NCBI GenBank assembly: GCA_051294375.1
Contig: CM119268.1
Span: forward strand, 5,507,221 to 5,571,220
DNA: 64,000 nucleotides
Direction of reading: 5' to 3'
Source: Paraspadella gotoi
Lineage: Eukaryota; Animalia; Chaetognatha
The first letter of the stretch is position 1; each line of letters begins with the position of its first letter. The notes under the pieces were generated by a model, which was not told where the DNA came from, made no database searches, and saw nothing but the letters and a program-made list of their open reading frames with translations. This document shows, piece by piece, positions 14,145-26,626 of this stretch. The translations under genes and the position numbers were made by a program.

Positions 14145-15742
14145 GGATAGAGAAGAAGAGACGAAGGTCATTGACCTCCGATTCTTCAACGATTCCGCAA
14201 ATCGTTGTCGCCATTGATGTCATCGTCGTCGCTGTCGTCGTCGTCGCTGTCGTCGTTCTTATCGTCGTCATTGTTAGCATAAATGTTGTCATTTTGTTTT
14301 TATTGAAACGAAGAGAAGAGAGAAGATCATTGTCATCATGAGCGTCATTGTATTTGACGTTTTTGTCATTGCCGCTCCTTTCCTCGTTGTCATTGTCACG
14401 CCGCTGCTGTCGCCGTCATTGAGGTCGTCGTCGTCGGCGGATTTTGATCGTCGTCGTGGTCGTCGTCGATGGCGTCCCCGAGTCTAAGGATTGTTTGGCT
14501 TTTCTCAGAAATGCCTCCCTCGATTTCTCTTCTTATTTATGCCGATTTTCTTGGGATGAAACACTGAAGAAATCGAGGAAGAGAGACCAGAGAGAGAGAG
14601 AGAGAGAGAGAGAAGAGACGAGATGATGAGAGAGAGACGAGACGAGAGAGATGAGAAGAGACGAGAGAGGAGAGACGAAGAGAGAGACGACGAGAAGAGG
14701 GATAGAAGTGAGAGGAGAAGGGAGAGATGAGGAAAGAAAAGAGAGGGAGAGAGGGATACTTTTAAAAACAAGCATCGAAAAACTTAATTTAAAACCTCTA
14801 AACTGAAAAATCGTTATGAGTTCGATAAGAAAAGAACATTAGTTCAAAGTTTGTTGTCATTAGTTAAAAAGATTTTTAAGGGGTTAACAGACGGAAGAGA
14901 GGACAGATGATAAGAGTACAGAAGAGAGACGCGAGGAGCTGAGAGGATGAGAGAGACCGAGAGAGGAGAGAGAGAGAGAGGAGGGAGAGGACGAGGAGAC
15001 AGAGAGAGAGAGGAATAATGCCCAGCATGCAGCTGACCGAAGAGAGAGGGACTCCTTTAAATGTTTTTTTTTTCTTTCTCTCATTTTTTTTTCTCCGCAT
15101 GATTTATCGGGCTCATGTCTTTTGTTTGTTTGGATTTTTGTTTGTCTAGTTTAAAAAAAAAATTGTTTATTTTTCGTCTTTCAGTTTTACCGCTGCGGGT
15201 TAATCGTTGTTATTTTTGCAATCCTCCATCTATAATCAAAGTCACATTCTCATGAAAAGTGAAACCGTCATCCATCGGGGTCAAAGCTGTCAATCAGCCA
15301 GTCAGACTGATCTCACTGGTCAAGAAACGCACAGCTCGTTTTAGTTCTTCCTGTTATTTTTGTTGTTGTTGTTGTTGGGTATCCTTGTGCCCGTCTCCAA
15401 TCGCTTTTCATCTTTCATTTTCTTTAAGGTTTCTTGGTCACCGAGGAAAACCTTACAATTCCTTGAGTAAAAAAAGAAAACAAAAAATAAGAAAAATAAA
15501 AGATTTAAAAAAGATGAAGGAAATGAAAAAAATGTTCGGAAAGGGATTCAAGACAAAAAAATAAAGAAAAATAAAAGAAAATGACAAAATGTTGTTGAAG
15601 AGGAAAGCGAAAATACATATTTTCAAATTACAAAGCGACGCACGCAATATAATATTAAAAAAGGAATGTACGGTCGATTCAAAGTACATAAAATATACCA
15701 TACATATACATATACTATACCATACAATATAGTTATACAATA

Positions 15743-16353
15743 AGTAGTCGGGCATCGCATAAAGTTTTTAACCCGCTTATGAGCCTGAGAACCGGTGGCT
15801 CACATGATCAATACCATCAGCTTTTGACCTTTAGGCGCCTCGAATCGATTCTCCAACGGCACCCAGTGGAAGCATGAGGGACTGCCGAGAACCACCTTGG
15901 GGGTCGTGGAAAACCCTCAAGCCTGGTTCCAAGCCCAGGACTCGCTCAATGGCTGCTCGAGGGATTAAAGGACGTTGCGTTTGTATACTCATCAACCCGC
16001 TTAGCACCTGATCTTCGCAGTATCATCGCAGGAGACTCAGCCTCACCTAAAGTGAAATCGGATCGGAGGTTCGGCGCGATCGCCGCTAGGATGCGAATCA
16101 CTGAACTGTGCATTGGTCGATACGGAACCGGAATTTCGACCAATCAGCTTGCAGGAACGAATATTAAACTGTCAAAATCACTCTTGCCTCTGATCCTCTT
16201 CTCCAGATATAAATAGGACCTAGCTTTCCTCTTATTTTCCAGTAGAGAATTGATCTGGACTCCTGCGTTGTGTCTCACCGTCACCTTATTATTCTCAGAA
16301 TAAATCTCGTTTTGATTTTCATCCAAGGAAATACATGAGTTTTTCCTTTAATG
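15743..16353 (+). mobile_element. LTR-like sequence, long form (~610 bp), copy 1
   Basis: First ~280 nt are homologous to the solo LTR at 35048. Then CCAAT (16140), TATAAATA (16208) and AATAAA (16299), immediately followed by a PBS-like tRNA complement. Termini are not canonical TG...CA. Confidence 0.65.
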
Positions 16354-16387
16354 TGGTGGCAGCGGTGGGGTTCGAACCCACGCCTCC
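16354..16387 (+). other. Primer-binding-site-like tract complementary to the 3' 34 nt of tRNA-Leu (AAG/TAG type) including CCA
   Basis: TGGTGGCAGCGGTGGGGTTCGAACCCACGCCTCC is the reverse complement of GGAGGCGTGGGTTCGAACCCCACCGCTGCCACCA. The 5' half of the tRNA is absent. Confidence 0.8.
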
Positions 16388-19300
16388 TTCAATGGTATTA
16401 TGAAATCGTTAAAAGTTTTTTACGAATTTTCAAAATACGTACGATTTTATTTATTTTACTATAATTTTACAATAATTATTTGTATTTACATATATTATGG
16501 CACGTAAAAACGCCGAAAGTTTAACGGAATTATTTGATGAAGACTAAACTCCAAAAAATGTTTTAGATGAAAAATTAATAGCCAAACATAAATATTAAAC
16601 CTATTATTATTGTTTGAAGGATATAAAATCAAGAAGAAATCTATCAAGTGACGATGGACGGATTTCGGATTACGGGAGAAAAAAAAAGATTGGACTTGTT
16701 GAAGAAAGCTTGACCAAGTTGCAAAGCAATAAGCCGACGGTGCTTGGAAGATTCTCTGTCTTGAGAGACGTGATAGAGAGAGAGAGAGAGATGGAGAAGG
16801 AGGAGAGGACGAGGAAGAGAGACGAAGGAGAGAGAGACGCGAGAGAGAAGACGAGGAGAGAGGAGAAGATAGAGGAAAAGAAGAGTTAGTCTGAGATTTT
16901 TTTGTTGCGGTGCGACTTGGTGTGAAATAATGGTATTCAAATTGTTGATGCGATTTATGAAGCTCCAAAGAGTCCCCTTTAGACTTTCAAGGGAAGAAGA
17001 GAGAGAAGAGTGAGGAAAGAAGAGAGAGAGATGAGAGAAGAGAGAGAGATGAAAGAGAGAGACGAGAGAGAGAGAGACAGACGGGAGAGGAGAGAGACGG
17101 AGAGAGAGAGAGAGAGAGGGAGGATGAGACGAGAGAGAGAGAGGAGAGACGGAGAGGCATCCTTTGAGAAATTCTTTCTTCACCGCCGGCACAGCATTCC
17201 AACGTTTTCGAATTCAAAAGGATTTATCGCTTTGGTGGAGAGGAGCAGAGAAGAGAGAGAGCAGAGAGAGAGAGAGACCGGAGAGACAGAGAGGAGACGA
17301 ACCGAGAGAGAGAGAGATAGACAGAGAGTGTAGAGAGAGAGAGAGACTTTGCTCACGGAAAGGTCGCCCAACGGATTTTTAAAGGCCTCAAATTTGACTC
17401 CTTTTACTACGAACTGTCCCTTCTTGTCTTCGCTCAAATTAGAAGCGAAGTATAAAAGAAAAGAAAGAAAAAAAGAAAAGAAAAAAAAAGAAAAAAAAAG
17501 AAAAGAAATAAAAAAATATTTTTTACGGCGGAAGTCAAAAGAAAAGATCAAAGGTGAAGCCGCCAAGAGAGATCACGGAGGGAAATAGAGAGGTTAGAGA
17601 AGAAGAAGTCAATGGGAAATAAATAGGAAGGTTAGAGAAGGCCAAAAGAGAGGTCGGAAAAGAAGAGAGGCCAGGAGAAGGAGAAAAAATGAGGAAAGAC
17701 GGGTTATGAGAAGGTAAAAAAGACAAGCGGGATAAGGCAGGTAAAAATTAGAGAATAAAGAAGGGACAAGGGAGGTAGAGAAAAGAAAAGACAAGCGCTT
17801 CGAGGAGAGAAAAGCAATGTGACAAAGGTAGGTAGAGGAGGAGAAAATAAAGGTGGAAAAGAAAGGTTGAGAGGACTAAGAGACAGGTTGGGAAAGAAAA
17901 AGCAAGGAAGTTGAAAGGAGGTTGTGGAAAGAAAGAGAAATGGAAAAGAGAAGTGGTGAAAGAGAGAAAAAATGAGAGATTCGAAAATAAAGAGAGGTAA
18001 GGAAGTAAAATAAGAAGTCGAAGAAGTATGAAAGAAAGTGAAGAGGTAAAGAGAGAAAAGAGATGGAAATTAAAAAAAAAGCTGAAAGAAGTAAAAAAAA
18101 GAATGAAGTTAAAGAGAGTAAGAGAGAAGAGGAAGAAGTAAAAAGAAAGAATCTCTCTGCTTTGTTGNNNNNNNNNNNNNNNNNNNNNNNNNAGAGAGAG
18201 AGAGAGAGAGAGGAGACGGAAAAGAGATAGAGAGAGAAGAGAGCGAAAGGGTCATTGAACCTCCGATTCTTCAACGATTCCGCAAATCGTTGTCGCCATA
18301 TTGATGTCATCGTCGTCCTGTCGTCGTCGTCTGTCGTCTGTTCTTATCGGTCGTCAATTGTTCATATAATGTTGTATTTGTTTTTATTTTGAAACGAAGA
18401 GGAAGGAGAGAGATCATTGTCATCATGGAGCGTCTTATTGTATTTGACGTTTTTGTTCATTTGCCGCCTCCTTTCCTCGTTGTCATTGTTCACCGCCCGC
18501 TGCTGTCGCCGTCATTGAGGTCGTTCGTTCGTCGGCGGAATTTTGATCGTTCGTGTTCGCGTCGTGGTCGTCCGTCGATGGGCGTCCCGGTCGATTTAAG
18601 GATTTGGCTTTTTCTCAGAAATGCCTCCCTCGATTTCTCTTCTTATTTATGCCGATTTTCTTGGGTGGATTTGAAAACACTGAAGAAATCGAGGAAGACA
18701 AGGACCAGAGTAGAGAGAGAGAGAGACGAGAGAGATGATAGAGATGAGAGAGAGAAGGAGAGAAGAGGAAGAGTGAGAGAAGGAGGTGAGAGAAGGAGAG
18801 AGATGAGGAAAGAAAAGAGAGGGAGAGAGGGATACTTTTAAAAAAAAGCATCGAAAAACTTAATTTAAAACCTAAACTGAAATCGTTATGAGAGTTCGAA
18901 TAGAAAAGAACATTAGTTCAAAGTTTGTTGTCGTTAAAGATTTTTTTAGGGGTTAACAAATCAGAGAGAGAGGACCGAGAGAGTGAGAAGAGAGAGAGGA
19001 GAGAGAGAGGGGAGTGAGAGGATCTGAGATGAGAGAGATGACGAGAGAAGAGAAGGATTGCGAGAGAGAGAGAGGATCGCGATAGGGAGAAGCTCATGAG
19101 AAAGAAGAGGAGATATATATGCCCCTACCTAGCATGACAGTGACAAAAAGAGAGGGACTCCTTTAAATGTTTTTTTTTTTCTTTTCTTTCATTTTTTTTC
19201 TCCGCATGATTTATCGGGCTCATGTCTTTTGTTTGTTTGGATTTTTGTTTGTCTAGTTTAAAAAAAAAAATTGTTTATTTTTTCGTCTTCAGTTTTACCG

Positions 19301-19832
19301 CTGCGGGTTAAGTCGTTGTTATTTTTGCAATCCTCCATCTATATCAAAGTCACATTCTCATGAAAAGTGAAACCGTCATCCATCGGGTCAAGCTGTCAAT
19401 CAGCCAGTCAGACTCGATCTCACTGGTCAAGAACGCACAGCTCTTTTAGTTCTTCCTGTTATTTTTGTTGTTGTTGTTGTTGGTATCCTTGTGCCCGTCT
19501 CCAATCGCTTTTCATCTTCTCATTTCTTAAGGTTTCTTGGTCACCGAGGAAAACCTTACAATTCCTTGAGTAAAAAAGAAAACATAAAAATAAGAAAATA
19601 AAAGATTAAAAAGATGAAGGAAATGAAAAAAATGTTCGGGAAAAGGATTCAAGACAAAAAAAATAAAGAAAATAAAGAAAATGACAAATGTTTGTTTGAA
19701 GAGAAAGGAAAATACATATTTCAAATTACAAAGGACCGACGAATATAATATTAAAAAAAGGATGTACGGTCGATCAAAGTACATAAAATATACCATCTAT
19801 ACATATACTATACATACATATAGTATACAATA

Positions 19833-20506
19833 AGTAGTCGGGCATCGCATAAGTTTAACCCGCTTATGAGCCTGAGAACCGGTGGCTCAATGATCAATAC
19901 CATCAGCTTTTGACCTTTAGGCGCCTCGATCGATCTCCAACGGCACCCAGTGGGAAGCATGAGGACTGCCGAGAACCACCTTGGGGGGCGTGGAAAACCC
20001 TCAAGCCTGGTTCCAAGCNNNNNNNNNNNNNNNNNNNNNNNNNCGTTCCAAGCCCAGGACTCGCTCAATGGCTGCTCGAGGGATTAAAGGACGTTGCGTT
20101 TGTATACTCATCAACCCGCTTAGCACCTGATCTTCGCAGTATCATCGCAGGAGACTCAGCCTCACCTAAAGTGAAATCGGATCGGAGGTTCAGCGCGATC
20201 GCCGCTAGGATGCGAATCACTGAACTGTGCATTGGTCGATACGGAACCGGAATTTCGACCAATCAGCTTGCAGGAACGAATATTAAACTGTCAAAATCAC
20301 TCTTGCCTCTGATCCTCTTCTCCAGATATAAATAGGACCTAGCCTTTCCTCTTATTTTCCAGTAGAAATTGATCTGGACTCCTGCGTTGTGTCTCACCGT
20401 CACCTTATTATTCTCAGAATAAATCTCGTTTTGATTTTCATCCAAGGAAATACATGAGTTTTTCCTTTAATGTGGTGGCAGCGGTGGGGTTCGAACCCAC
20501 GCCTCC
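19833..20506 (+). mobile_element. LTR-like sequence plus tRNA-Leu PBS (20473-20506), copy 2
   Basis: Near-identical to 15743-16387; contains a small N gap. Confidence 0.65.
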
Positions 20507-22271
20507 TTCAATGGTATTATGAAATCGTTAAAAGTTTTTTACGAATTTTCAAAATACGTACGATTTTATTTATTTTACTATAATATTTACAATAATTACT
20601 TTGTATTTACATATATTATGGCACGTAAAAACGCCGAAAGTTTAACGGAATTATTTGATGAAGACTAAACTCCAAAAAATGTTTTAGATGAAAAATTAAT
20701 AGCCAAACATAAATATTAAACCTATTATTATTGTTTGAAGGATATAAAATCAAGAAGAAATCTATCAAGTGACGATGGACGGATTTCGGATTACGGGAGA
20801 AAAAAAAAGATTGGACTTTTGAAGAAAGCTTGACCAAGTTGCAAAGCAATAAGCGACGGTGCTTGGAAGATTCTCTGTCTTGAGAGACGGATAGAGAGAG
20901 AGCAGAGAGATGGAGAAAGGAGAGAGGACGAGAAGAGAGACGAAGGATAGAGAGACGCGAGAGAGAAGACGAGGAGAGAGGAGAAGATAGAGGAAAAGAA
21001 GAGTTAGTCTGAGATTTTTTTGTTGCGGTGCGACTTGGTGTGAAATAATGGTATTCAAATTGTTGATGCGATTTATGAAGCTACAAAGAGTCCCCTTTAG
21101 ACTTTCAAGGGAAGAAGAGAGAAGAAGATGAGAAAGACAGAGAGAGAGATGAGAGAGAGAGAGAGGAGAAAGAGAGAGCGAGAGAAGAGAGACAGACGGA
21201 GAGGAGAGAGACTGGAGAGAGAGAGACGAGAGAGGGAGAGAGACGAGAGAGAGACAGGAGAGACGGGAGAGGCATCCTTTGAGAAATTCTTTCTTCACCG
21301 CCGGCACAGATTCCAACGTTTTCGCAATTCAAAAAGGATTTATCGTTTGGTGGAGAGGAGCAGAGAAGAGAGAGAGCAGAGAGAGAGAGAGAGGAGAGAA
21401 GAGAGGAGACGAGACGAGAGAGAGAGAGATGAAGAGAGTGTAGAGAGAGAGAGAGACTTTGCTCACGGAAAGGTCGCCCAACGGATTTTTAAAGGCCTCA
21501 AAATTTGACTCCTTTTACTACGAACTGTCCCTTCTTGTCTTCGCTCAAATAGAGCGAAGTATAAAAGAAAAGAAAGAAAAAAAAAAAAGAAGAAAGAAAA
21601 AAAAAAAAAGAAAAAAAAAAGAAAAGAAATAAAAAAATATTTTTTACGGCGGAAGTCAAAGAAAAGATCAAAGGTGAAGCCGCCAAGAGAGATCACGGAG
21701 GGAAATAGAGAGGTTAGAGAAGAAGAAGTCAATGGGAAATAAATAGGAAGGTTAGAGAAGGCAAAAGAGGCGTCGGAAAAGAAGAGAGGCCAGAGAAGGA
21801 GAAAAAATGAGGAAAGACGGGTATGAGAAGGTAAAAAGACAAGCGGGATAAGGCAGGTAAAAATTAGAGAATAAAGAAGGGACAAGGGAGGTAGAGAAAA
21901 AGAAAAGCAAGCGCTTCGAGGGAGAAAAGAATGTGACAAAGGTAGGTAGAGGAGGAGAAAATAAAGGTGGGAAATAGAAAGGTGAGAGACTAAGAGACAG
22001 TTGGGAAAGAACAAAGCAAGGAGTTGAAAGGAGGTTGGGAAAGAAAGAGAAATGGAAAAGAGAAGTGGTGAAAGCAAGAAAAAATGAGAGATTCGAAAAT
22101 AAAGGAGGTAAGGAAGTAAAATAAGAAGTCAAGAAGTATGAAAGAAAGTGAAGAGGTAAAAGAGAAAAGAGATGGAAATTAAAAAAAAATGAAAGAAGTA
22201 AAAAAAAGAAGATTAAAGAGAGTAAGAGAGAAGAGGAAGAAGTAAAAAGAAAGAATCTCTCTGCTTTGTTG

Positions 22272-22692
22272 AGGAGACTCAGCCTCACCTAAAGTGAAAT
22301 CGGATCGGAGGTTCGGGCGATCGCCGCTAGGATGGAATCACTGAACTGTGATTGGTCGATACGGAACCGGAATCGACCAATCAGCTTNNNNNNNNNNNNN
22401 NNNNNNNNNNNNNNNNNNNNNNNNNNNNNNNNNNNNNNNNNNNNNNNNNNNNNNNNNNNNNNNNNNNNNNNNNNNNNNNNNNNNNNNNNNNNNNNNNNNN
22501 NNNNNNNNNNNNNNNNNNNNNNNNNNNNNNNNNNNNNNNNNNNNNNNNNNNNNNNNNNNNNNNNNNNNNNNNNNNNNNNNNNNNNNNNNNNNNNNNNATT
22601 CTCAGAATAAATCTCGTTTTGATTTCATCCAAGAAATACATGAGTTTTTCCTTTAATGTGGTGGCAGCGGTGGGGTTCGAACCCACGCCTCC
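22272..22692 (+). mobile_element. Partial LTR-like sequence plus tRNA-Leu PBS (22659-22692)
   Basis: Starts at the equivalent of 16030 and spans an N gap. Confidence 0.55.
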
Positions 22693-25600
22693 TTCAATGG
22701 TATTATGAAAATCGTAAAAGTTTTTAGATTTTAAAATACGTACGATTTTATTTATTTTACTATAATTTTACATAATTATTTGATTTACATATATTATGCA
22801 CGTAAAAACGAAAGTTTAACGGGAATTATTTGATGAAGACTAAACTCCAAAAAATGTTTAATGAAAGATTAATAGCAAACATAAATATTAAACCTATTAT
22901 TATTGTTTGAAGGATAAAATCGAAGAAATCTATCAAGTGACGATGACGATTTTCGATTACGGGAGAAAAAAAAAGATTGGTTGAAGAAGCTTGACAAGTT
23001 GCAAGCAATAAGCGACGGTGCTTGGAAGAATTCTCTTCTTTGAGAGAGAGAGANNNNNNNNNNNNNNNNNNNNNNNNNGTAATTTATACAAGTAAATGAT
23101 GAGAAAATAATTTTGAGGGCGCACAATTCTTTAAGCTTATTTTTGCATATCTCTTTGATACTCCTGCGCACGATAATATTTAATTATAAAAAATTAATCA
23201 AACCGCCTAAAATTTGTCGGGTCAGCTAAAATTAATTTTTTTTTTAAAAAAAAAAAAAATTCGTTTGGGTTTTTATTTAATAATTTTTTTTTTTTGCCAA
23301 TTTTATTATTTTTGCGTTTTAATCTCGCTTATAAGCTTATGACTTTGAAACATGAAAAAAACGAGGCTTTCAAAAATATCATCCATTTTTTTTCCCTCCC
23401 TCATGTCTCTGCTTCGCTCTCTCTCTCTTGTCTTCTGTTCGCGCTCTCTCTGTCTCTTCGCTCTTCTGCTCTCTCTCTCTCTCTCTCTCTCTTCTCTTCT
23501 TCTACTCTCTCTCTCTCTCTTCTTCTCTCTCTCCTCTCTCTCTCCTCTCTCTCTCTCCGTTATTAAATTGGAACAAAATTAATATTACAATATCCGTAAC
23601 ACTAAAGGGTAAAAAATCTTCGTTAATTATTTGATTATCACTATTTTTTTCCAAACATTTTTTTTTACCGTTTATTAAATTTTCCGTTTGGCTATTGTTG
23701 TTTATTTTATTAGTATGTTCAATTGTTCATTAATAAACAGTTTCTTCGTTATGTTCCCCGTCATGTTCCGTTCCAGCTCCCTCAATATGCGGTTTCTCAT
23801 ACTAGGCACAAACCATACTCTTTATTTATGTTCCAGCTAAAAAAAAGCGAGAAAAGAAGAGGAGAGAAGCCGTGTAGACCCGAGGAGCGAGAGATACACT
23901 GAGCGAGAGAGAGAGAGAGAGGAGAGAGGAGAGAACCGGGAGAGAAGAAAGAGATTGGAGTAGAAGAGAGATGAAGAGCGACGGTAGAGATTTAGAGGAA
24001 TGGGGGAGAGACGAAGAACGATACGGTCGTTCAATCGGCCCCGGACGTACTCGAAGGTCATCTTCTTCAAGGACGGGTCGTCATTTCTTTTCTCGGAAAA
24101 CCAAAAGACGGGAAGAGGGCGAAAATGCGATAGAGAGAAAGAGCGCCGAGAAGAGATAGAGGATGAAGAGACGGAGAGAGGAGGACGAAAGGAGATGAGC
24201 GAGAGGAGAAGAGTGAGAGGAGGAAGGGAGAGAGGAGAGAGAGGAGAGAGACGATAGAGAGGAGGATGAGACGAGAGGAGGGAGGTGGAGTGACAGAAAG
24301 CAAGGGTGAGAAGAGAAAGAGAGGGAAAGGATAGAGAGAAGAGACGAAGCTCATTGACCTCCGATCTTCAACGATTCCGCAAATCAGTTGTCCGCCAATT
24401 TGACATGTTTTCATCGTCGCCTTTGTTTCGTCGTTCTTATCGCTCGTCACTTGTTTGCTTAATAATTGTTGTCATTTTTTTTATTGTAAACGAAGAGAGA
24501 GAGAGAAGATCATTGTCATCATGGAGCGTATTTACGTCGTCATGATTTGACGTTTTTGGATCTCATTTGCGCTCCTTTCCTCGTGTCATGTGTTCATCGC
24601 CCGCTGGCTTCGCCGTCATTGAGGTCGTCTTCGTGGCTGCGGGATTTTTTGATCGTCGTCGCTCGTGTCGTCCCGATGGCGTTCCCCCGAGTTCTAAGGA
24701 TTGTTGGCCTTTTTTCTCAGAAACTGCCTCCCTCGATTTTCTCTTCTCTTATTATGCCGATTTTTCTTTGGGGATTGTGAAAAAACACTGAAGAAATCGA
24801 GGAAGAGAGACCAGAGAGAGAGAGAGAGATGACGAGAGATGAGAGAGCGGAAGAGAGAGGAGAGGAGAGAGAGAGAGAGAGAGAGACGGAGGAAGAGGTG
24901 AGAGAAGGAGAGGAGAAGAGAGGGATAGAGATAAGAGGAAAGAAAAGAGAGGGAGAGAGGGATACTTTTAAAAACAAGCATCGAAAAACTTAAAATTTAA
25001 AACCTAAAACTGAAAAATCGTTATGAGAGTTCGATAAGAAAAGAACATTAGTTCAAAGTTTGTTGTCGCTTAGTTTAAAAGATTTTTTTAAGGGGTTAAC
25101 AAACAGAGCGGGAGAAGAGAGAGAGAGACTGAGAAGAGACGAGATGGAGAGAGAGAGGGGAGGGAGAGGAGAGAGAGAGAATGACGAGAGAGAGAGAGGA
25201 GGAGGAGGGAGAGGATGCAGAGTAAGGAGAACAGAAAGAAGAGGAATAATGCCACCCAGCATGACTGACCGAAGAGAGAGGGACTCCTTTAAAATGTTTT
25301 TTCTTTTCTTTCTCATTTTTTTTTCTCCCGCATGATTTATCGGGCTCATGTCTTTTGTTGTTTGGATTTTTGTTTGTCTAGTTTTAAAAAAAAAATTGTT
25401 TATTTTTCGTCTTTCAGTTTTACCGCTGCGGGTTAAATCGTTGTTATTTTGCAATCCTCCATCTATAATCAAAGTCACATTCTCATGAAAAGTGAAACCG
25501 TCATCCATCGGGGTCAAAGCTGTCAATCAGCCAGTCAGACTGATCTCACTGGTCAAGAAACGCACAGCTCTTTTAGTTCTTCCTGTTATTTTTGTTGTTC

Positions 25601-25980
25601 TTGTTGTTGTGGTATCCTTGTGCCCGTCTCCAATCGCTTTTCATCTTCTCATTTTCTTAAGGTTTCTTGGTCACCGAGGAAAACCTTACAATTCCTTGAG
25701 TAAAAAAAGAAAACAATAAAAAATAAGAAAAATAAAGATTAAAAAAGATGAAGGAAATGAAAAAAATGTTCGGGGAAAGGATATTCAAGACAAAAAAATA
25801 AAGAAAAATAAAGAAAAATGAACAAATGTTGTTGAAGAGAGAAAAGAAAATACATATTTCAAATTACAAAGGACCGACGAACATATAATATTAAAAAAGG
25901 ATGTACGGTCGATTCAAAGTACATAAAATATACCATCTATACATATACAATAAATATACATACAATATAGATATACAATA

Positions 25981-26626
25981 AGTAGTCGGGCATCGCATAA
26001 AGTTTAACCCGCTTATGAGCCTGAGAACCGGTGGTGGCTCACATGATCAATACCATCAGCTTTTGACCTTTAGGCGCCTCGATCGAATTCTCCAACGGCA
26101 CCCAGTGGAAGCATGAGGACTGCCGAGAACCACCTTGGGGGCGTGGAAAACCCTCAAGCCTGGTTCCAAGCCCAGGACTCGCTCAATGGCTGCTCGAGGG
26201 GTTAAAGACGTTGCGTTGTGTTTTACTCATCAACCCGCTTAGCACCTGATCTTACGCAGTATCATCGCAGGAGACTCAGCCTCACCTAAAGTGAAATCGG
26301 ATCGGAGGTTCGGCGCGATCGCCGCTAGGATGGAATCACTGAACTGTGATTGGTCGATACGGAACCGGAATCGAACCAATCAGCTTGCAGGAACGATATA
26401 AACTGTCAAAAATCACTCTTGCCTCTGATCCTCTTCTCCAGAGATATAAATAAGACCTAGCCTTTTCCTCTTATTTTCCAGTAGATATTGATCTGGACTC
26501 CTGCGTGTGTCTCACCGTCACCTTATTATTCTCAGAATAAATCTCGTTTTGATATTTCATCCAAGGAAATACATGAGTTTTTCCTTTAATGTGGTGGCAG
26601 CGGGTGGGGTTCGAACCCACGCCTCC
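25981..26626 (+). mobile_element. LTR-like sequence plus tRNA-Leu PBS (26592-26626), copy 3
   Basis: Near-identical to 15743-16387 apart from 1-bp indels. Confidence 0.65.

Noticed and set aside
16354-16387. Functional tRNA-Leu gene on the minus strand (also 20473, 22659, 26592)
   Set aside because: Only the 3' 34 nt are present, with encoded CCA; no D arm or anticodon arm.
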